A stretch of 64,000 bases of DNA from an uncultured delta proteobacterium (GTDB taxonomy: Bacteria > Desulfobacterota > RBG-13-43-22). The stretch covers positions 128,001-192,000 of the forward strand of contig CAWJJC010000010.1 in assembly GCA_963843145.1 (NCBI GenBank), read 5' to 3'. A model generated the notes under the pieces. The model made no database searches, had not been told where the DNA came from, and was given only the letters and a program-made list of their open reading frames with translations. Below, piece after piece: positions 60,755 to 64,000 of the stretch. Made by a program: the position numbers and the translations under genes. Numbering within the stretch: the first letter of the stretch is position 1; each line of letters starts with the position of its first letter.

Positions 60755-61552
60755 TTAGAGGGCGGACTTTCTTTCAGGATAGCCTATGGCCCTGGAAATA
60801 TTCAGGCCCGTTTTCGAGGCCTCTGTAAGAATCTTCTTCATTCCCCTGGGATCAACGGCAGAAGAGATGAAACAGACGGCTAAGCTGGCGACAACCTTTC
60901 CCCGGAAATCGCGAATCGGGACGGCCAACCCGGTAATGCCTTCAAAGGTCCTTTCCTCATCGACGGCATAGCCCTCCTCCCGCACCTGGGCAAGCCATTT
61001 TTTGTACTCTTCCTTTTTGGTAAACGATTTTTTGGTGTTTGCCTTTAGCGGGTTTTTCTCCAGCAGAATATCGACTTCGAGGTCGGGCAAATGGGCCATC
61101 AGCATGGGGCCCAACATTCCCCAATAGGGGGGACGGCGGGTGCCGATCTTCGAGGTAAAGGTGATCGGATTTTGCGCATCCTCTCTCTTGTCGATGTAAA
61201 TCAATTCCCCCTGCTCCAAGATGGCCAGGAATAATGTTTTCCCCAGCTTCTGATGCAATTGGTCCAAATAGGGAGAGGCTATTTTTCTCAGGGAGAAAGA
61301 ATGAAAAACAATACTCCCCAACTCGAACAAGCGGAAGCCCAGAGAATACTCCTTGGTGGTAGGGTCCTGATTGAGAAAGCCGTATTTACCCAGCGTCGAA
61401 CACAGTCTTAAAACCGTGGCCCGGGAGAGATCCAGAATCTCCGAGAGTTGACTCAAGGTGAGCAGTTTCCTCTCGCCGGTAAAGGCGTTCAGGATTTGCA
61501 GGGCCCTTTCCAGGGACCTGTTGTAGAAAGTTTCTTTTTTATTCAGTGACAT
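60755..61552 (-). CDS. IclR family transcriptional regulator
   Basis: SLERALQIL, YSLG, GYAVD, LAVPIRD. Confidence 0.92.
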   Translation of the reverse strand: MSLNKKETFYNRSLERALQILNAFTGERKLLTLSQLSEILDLSRATVLRLCSTLGKYGFLNQDPTTKEYSLGFRLFELGSIVFHSFSLRKIASPYLDQLHQKLGKTLFLAILEQGELIYIDKREDAQNPITFTSKIGTRRPPYWGMLGPMLMAHLPDLEVDILLEKNPLKANTKKSFTKKEEYKKWLAQVREEGYAVDEERTFEGITGLAVPIRDFRGKVVASLAVCFISSAVDPRGMKKILTEASKTGLNISRAIGYPERKSAL

Positions 61553-61557
61553 AGATA

Positions 61558-61570
61558 TTCACCTAGTGAA
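61558..61570. promoter_or_regulatory. Putative IclR autoregulatory operator
   Basis: TTCAC-CTA-GTGAA, same architecture as the 60633 site. Confidence 0.55.
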
Positions 61571-61642
61571 ATTTTTCTTACGCTAATAACATCCAGCCTG
61601 ATTGTCAACTGCTATTTACCCTGGCTAATCGGACGCGCCGCC

Positions 61643-61956
61643 TTATTGGAGCCCGAAAAATGCCGGAAGAAAGGTGGACAGGGCCGGAAAAAAAGGATCA
61701 CCAGCAGGGCCGCCGCCATAATAGCTACAAAAGGAAGCACCGATTTGGAAATATCCTCCAGGGAAAGGCCGGCGATATTGGCGATCACATAGAGATTCAC
61801 CGCCACCGGGAGGGGGGTGATCTGACCGATCGCCAGATTGAAGGAATAGCGGATAAAATAACGGGTCAGGACATTGACAAAGGCCAGGAGGCACATAAGA
61901 AGGAGAAGAAAAACGCCGGCCGCCTCCTCCCCCTGTTCGGAGATCTTCTTGCGCAT
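61643..61956 (-). pseudogene. dctQ N-terminus fused to dctM C-terminus (large deletion)
   Basis: EEAAGVFLL...VNVLTRY..RYSF|NLAIGQITPLPVAVNLY...LSTFLP; junction near 61839/61840 plus a later frameshift. Confidence 0.8.
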
Positions 61957-61970
61957 AGCGGGAAACCGTT

Positions 61971-63002
61971 TTATTTCCTTTTCCCCGCCTGCTGCACCTC
62001 CTTTTCAGCCATTTTGACCAGATCCGAACCTATTTCCTTCTCCCACTTATCATAGACCGGCCTGGTTTTGGTCACAAAGGCCTGACTCTGAACGGGCGAA
62101 AGGACCGTCACCTCCATGCCGTTTTTTCTCAACTGATCCAGGGCCGGCCTGGTCCCCTCCAGCCCTTCACGGGCACCTTTCTTCTGCCAGGCCGCTACCT
62201 CCTCGGCCGCTTTTTTGATGGCCTCTTTGTCCTTCAGCGGGAGACCGTCCCAGACCTTTTTGCTCATTCCCAAGATCAGGGGATCGATGGCGTAGCCCCA
62301 AACCGTCATGTATTTTTGGACCTGCCAGAGCTTGTTGGGGATAATGACCGAAACGACCGGATTTTCCTGGCCGTCAACCGTTCCCTGCTGGAAGGCCGAA
62401 AGGGCTTCACCCCAGTTCATAGAGACGGGGTTGGCGCCCAGGGCTTTAAAGGTATCGATAAAGATGGGTGAGCCCACCACCCTGATTTTAAGACCCTCGA
62501 GGTCCGCGGGTTTCTTCACGGTTCGTTTGCTGTTGGTCAGATCCCGGTAACCGTTTTCTCCCCAACCGAGAACCATCACCCCTTTGTCTTCAATAATCCT
62601 GGAAAGGCGTTTTCCGGTTTCGCCGTTTTCCACGGCGTCCAGGGCCTTGTAGCTGGGAAAGAAAAAAGGCAGGGAAAAGAGATTGAGCTCCTTGATGGTC
62701 GTGGACCAGTTGATGGTCGACCCGAGGGCAAAGTCGATGACCCCCTGCTTCATCAGAAGAAATTCATTGGTCTGCTTCCCGGCGAAGAGTTGCCCGCTGT
62801 AATAGGGTTTAATGTTGATCCGGCCGTCCGTGGCCTTTTTCACCGCTTCGGCGAATCGGGCCGCAGCCTCCCCCCAGGGTCCGGTAGTGCCCACCACAAT
62901 ACTCATTTTATATTCCGGCTTATAGGTCGCGCCCAGCCCCAAAGAGACCACTCCGAAGAGCAGGATAACGAGTACCGACCACCCAAGAAATTGTTTTCCC
63001 AT
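61971..63002 (-). CDS. dctP: TRAP transporter substrate-binding protein
   Basis: Signal peptide, WGENGYR, DLEGLKIRV, VDGQENP. Confidence 0.92.
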   Translation of the reverse strand: MGKQFLGWSVLVILLFGVVSLGLGATYKPEYKMSIVVGTTGPWGEAAARFAEAVKKATDGRINIKPYYSGQLFAGKQTNEFLLMKQGVIDFALGSTINWSTTIKELNLFSLPFFFPSYKALDAVENGETGKRLSRIIEDKGVMVLGWGENGYRDLTNSKRTVKKPADLEGLKIRVVGSPIFIDTFKALGANPVSMNWGEALSAFQQGTVDGQENPVVSVIIPNKLWQVQKYMTVWGYAIDPLILGMSKKVWDGLPLKDKEAIKKAAEEVAAWQKKGAREGLEGTRPALDQLRKNGMEVTVLSPVQSQAFVTKTRPVYDKWEKEIGSDLVKMAEKEVQQAGKRK

Positions 63003-63247
63003 AATGATTCCTCCCGATTTATTTGGTGTTTTGGACAACGGCCCGAAAAAACCTGCCGGTTATCATACTTTTTTTGGGTATCTTCGTCAAAAGATAATGA
63101 GTTCTCTGCGATCTCTGTGTGCTCTGTGAGAGATCGTCTTTGGTCTTTGGTTGTGGATGGCCGGCCCTTGTCTTTAACGGCCGCTTCTGCTATCCTGATT
63201 TTCAAAGCGCTGTCTAAGAATAAGCGTGGAAAGGAGAAAATTTCCCC

Positions 63248-63523
63248 ATGAAGCATAATTCCTATTTTGAAGGAAAGGTCCAAAGCCTGGGCATCACTAC
63301 GCCGGAAGGCTACGCCACCGTCGGGGTCATCGAGCCCGGACAATATACCTTTTCCACCGATTCCGAAGAGCATTTATCTATAATCGCCGGTTCCATGAAG
63401 GTGAAACTGCCGGGCGGCTCCTGGCGGCTGGTCAATCGGAACGACTCCTTCGTGGTCCCGCCCCAGGCCTCTTTCGAGATCGACGCCCCGGCCGACGTGG
63501 CTTATATCTGTTATTACAAATAG
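63248..63523 (+). CDS. ppnP: Pyrimidine/purine nucleoside phosphorylase (DUF1255)
   Basis: NSYFEGKVQSLG, TVGVIEPGQYTFST, YICYY. Confidence 0.88.
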   Translation: MKHNSYFEGKVQSLGITTPEGYATVGVIEPGQYTFSTDSEEHLSIIAGSMKVKLPGGSWRLVNRNDSFVVPPQASFEIDAPADVAYICYYK

Positions 63524-63637
63524 GTTGTTCGCCCTTCTTTTTAGGGGAGGGTGGGTACCCTAATTCGTAGAATCGAGCAATCCGGATCTTGAGGGGCACC
63601 GGGTCTCGGCTGCCAGGCACCCTAAAGGAAGATTAAG

Positions 63638-64000
63638 ATGTATCATCAAGATGATTTCAGATCCAAGCTAATTGATATCAACAGGCTGATCAAGCGCATC
63701 AAGCCCGGTAGTCGGATATTCCTGAGCAGCGGGGTTGCCTGGCCGGCCTTTACCGTCAAGGGCATCTTGGATAATGCCGCAATCCGCTCTTATGACTTGG
63801 AATTCATTCAATTGTTTTCCATTAGCGATCTGATTTCCCTGACTGAAATCAAAAGTAATTTTCGGCATATCTCCTTCCGCGCGGGTGAAGCCATTCCCGA
63901 GATTATCTGTCACAATGAGAAAATCGACTTTATACCGGCCAACCTCATGGAGATCCCCTACCTGTTCGAGACAGGGACCATTAATGCGGACATGGCCATC
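63638..64000 (+). CDS. Acetyl-CoA hydrolase/transferase family protein, 5' part (not in the ORF track)
   Basis: Open frame to the window end: IKPGSRIFLSSG...DFIPANLMEIPYLF...DMAI. Confidence 0.7.
   Translation, partial: MYHQDDFRSKLIDINRLIKRIKPGSRIFLSSGVAWPAFTVKGILDNAAIRSYDLEFIQLFSISDLISLTEIKSNFRHISFRAGEAIPEIICHNEKIDFIPANLMEIPYLFETGTINADMAI

Noticed and set aside
1-64000. tRNA, rRNA or transposase genes
   Set aside because: None recognised by eye; a tRNAscan/Infernal run would be needed to exclude them formally

Overview
GC-rich bacterial chromosome segment. Gene content (Ni-CODH, AOR-family enzyme, AbfD, many acyl-CoA enzymes, TRAP systems) points to an anaerobic Desulfobacterota/deltaproteobacterium (inference). 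Main blocks: an acyl-CoA catabolic cluster (1-10.2 kb), a decaying toxin-antitoxin patch (10.8-12.6 kb), a 950-aa AOR/Fe-alcohol dehydrogenase fusion, an FNOR-cooF-cooS cluster, a large Lhr helicase, and a cobalamin riboswitch in front of an ECF transporter operon that has a UbiD-family decarboxylase between its S and A genes (best candidate for an undescribed system). Further on are an acyl-CoA dehydratase activase, a cytoplasmic Mo/W-bisPGD enzyme operon and a PaaK/TRAP/IclR locus. Intergenic DNA holds several palindromic or MITE-like families, including a ~320-nt element present twice with compensatory stem changes. There are many gene remnants; in four of them both ends survive and the middle is deleted. 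Six single-base frameshifts in long, otherwise intact genes are probably sequencing errors. All product calls come from motif recognition by eye, with no database searches.
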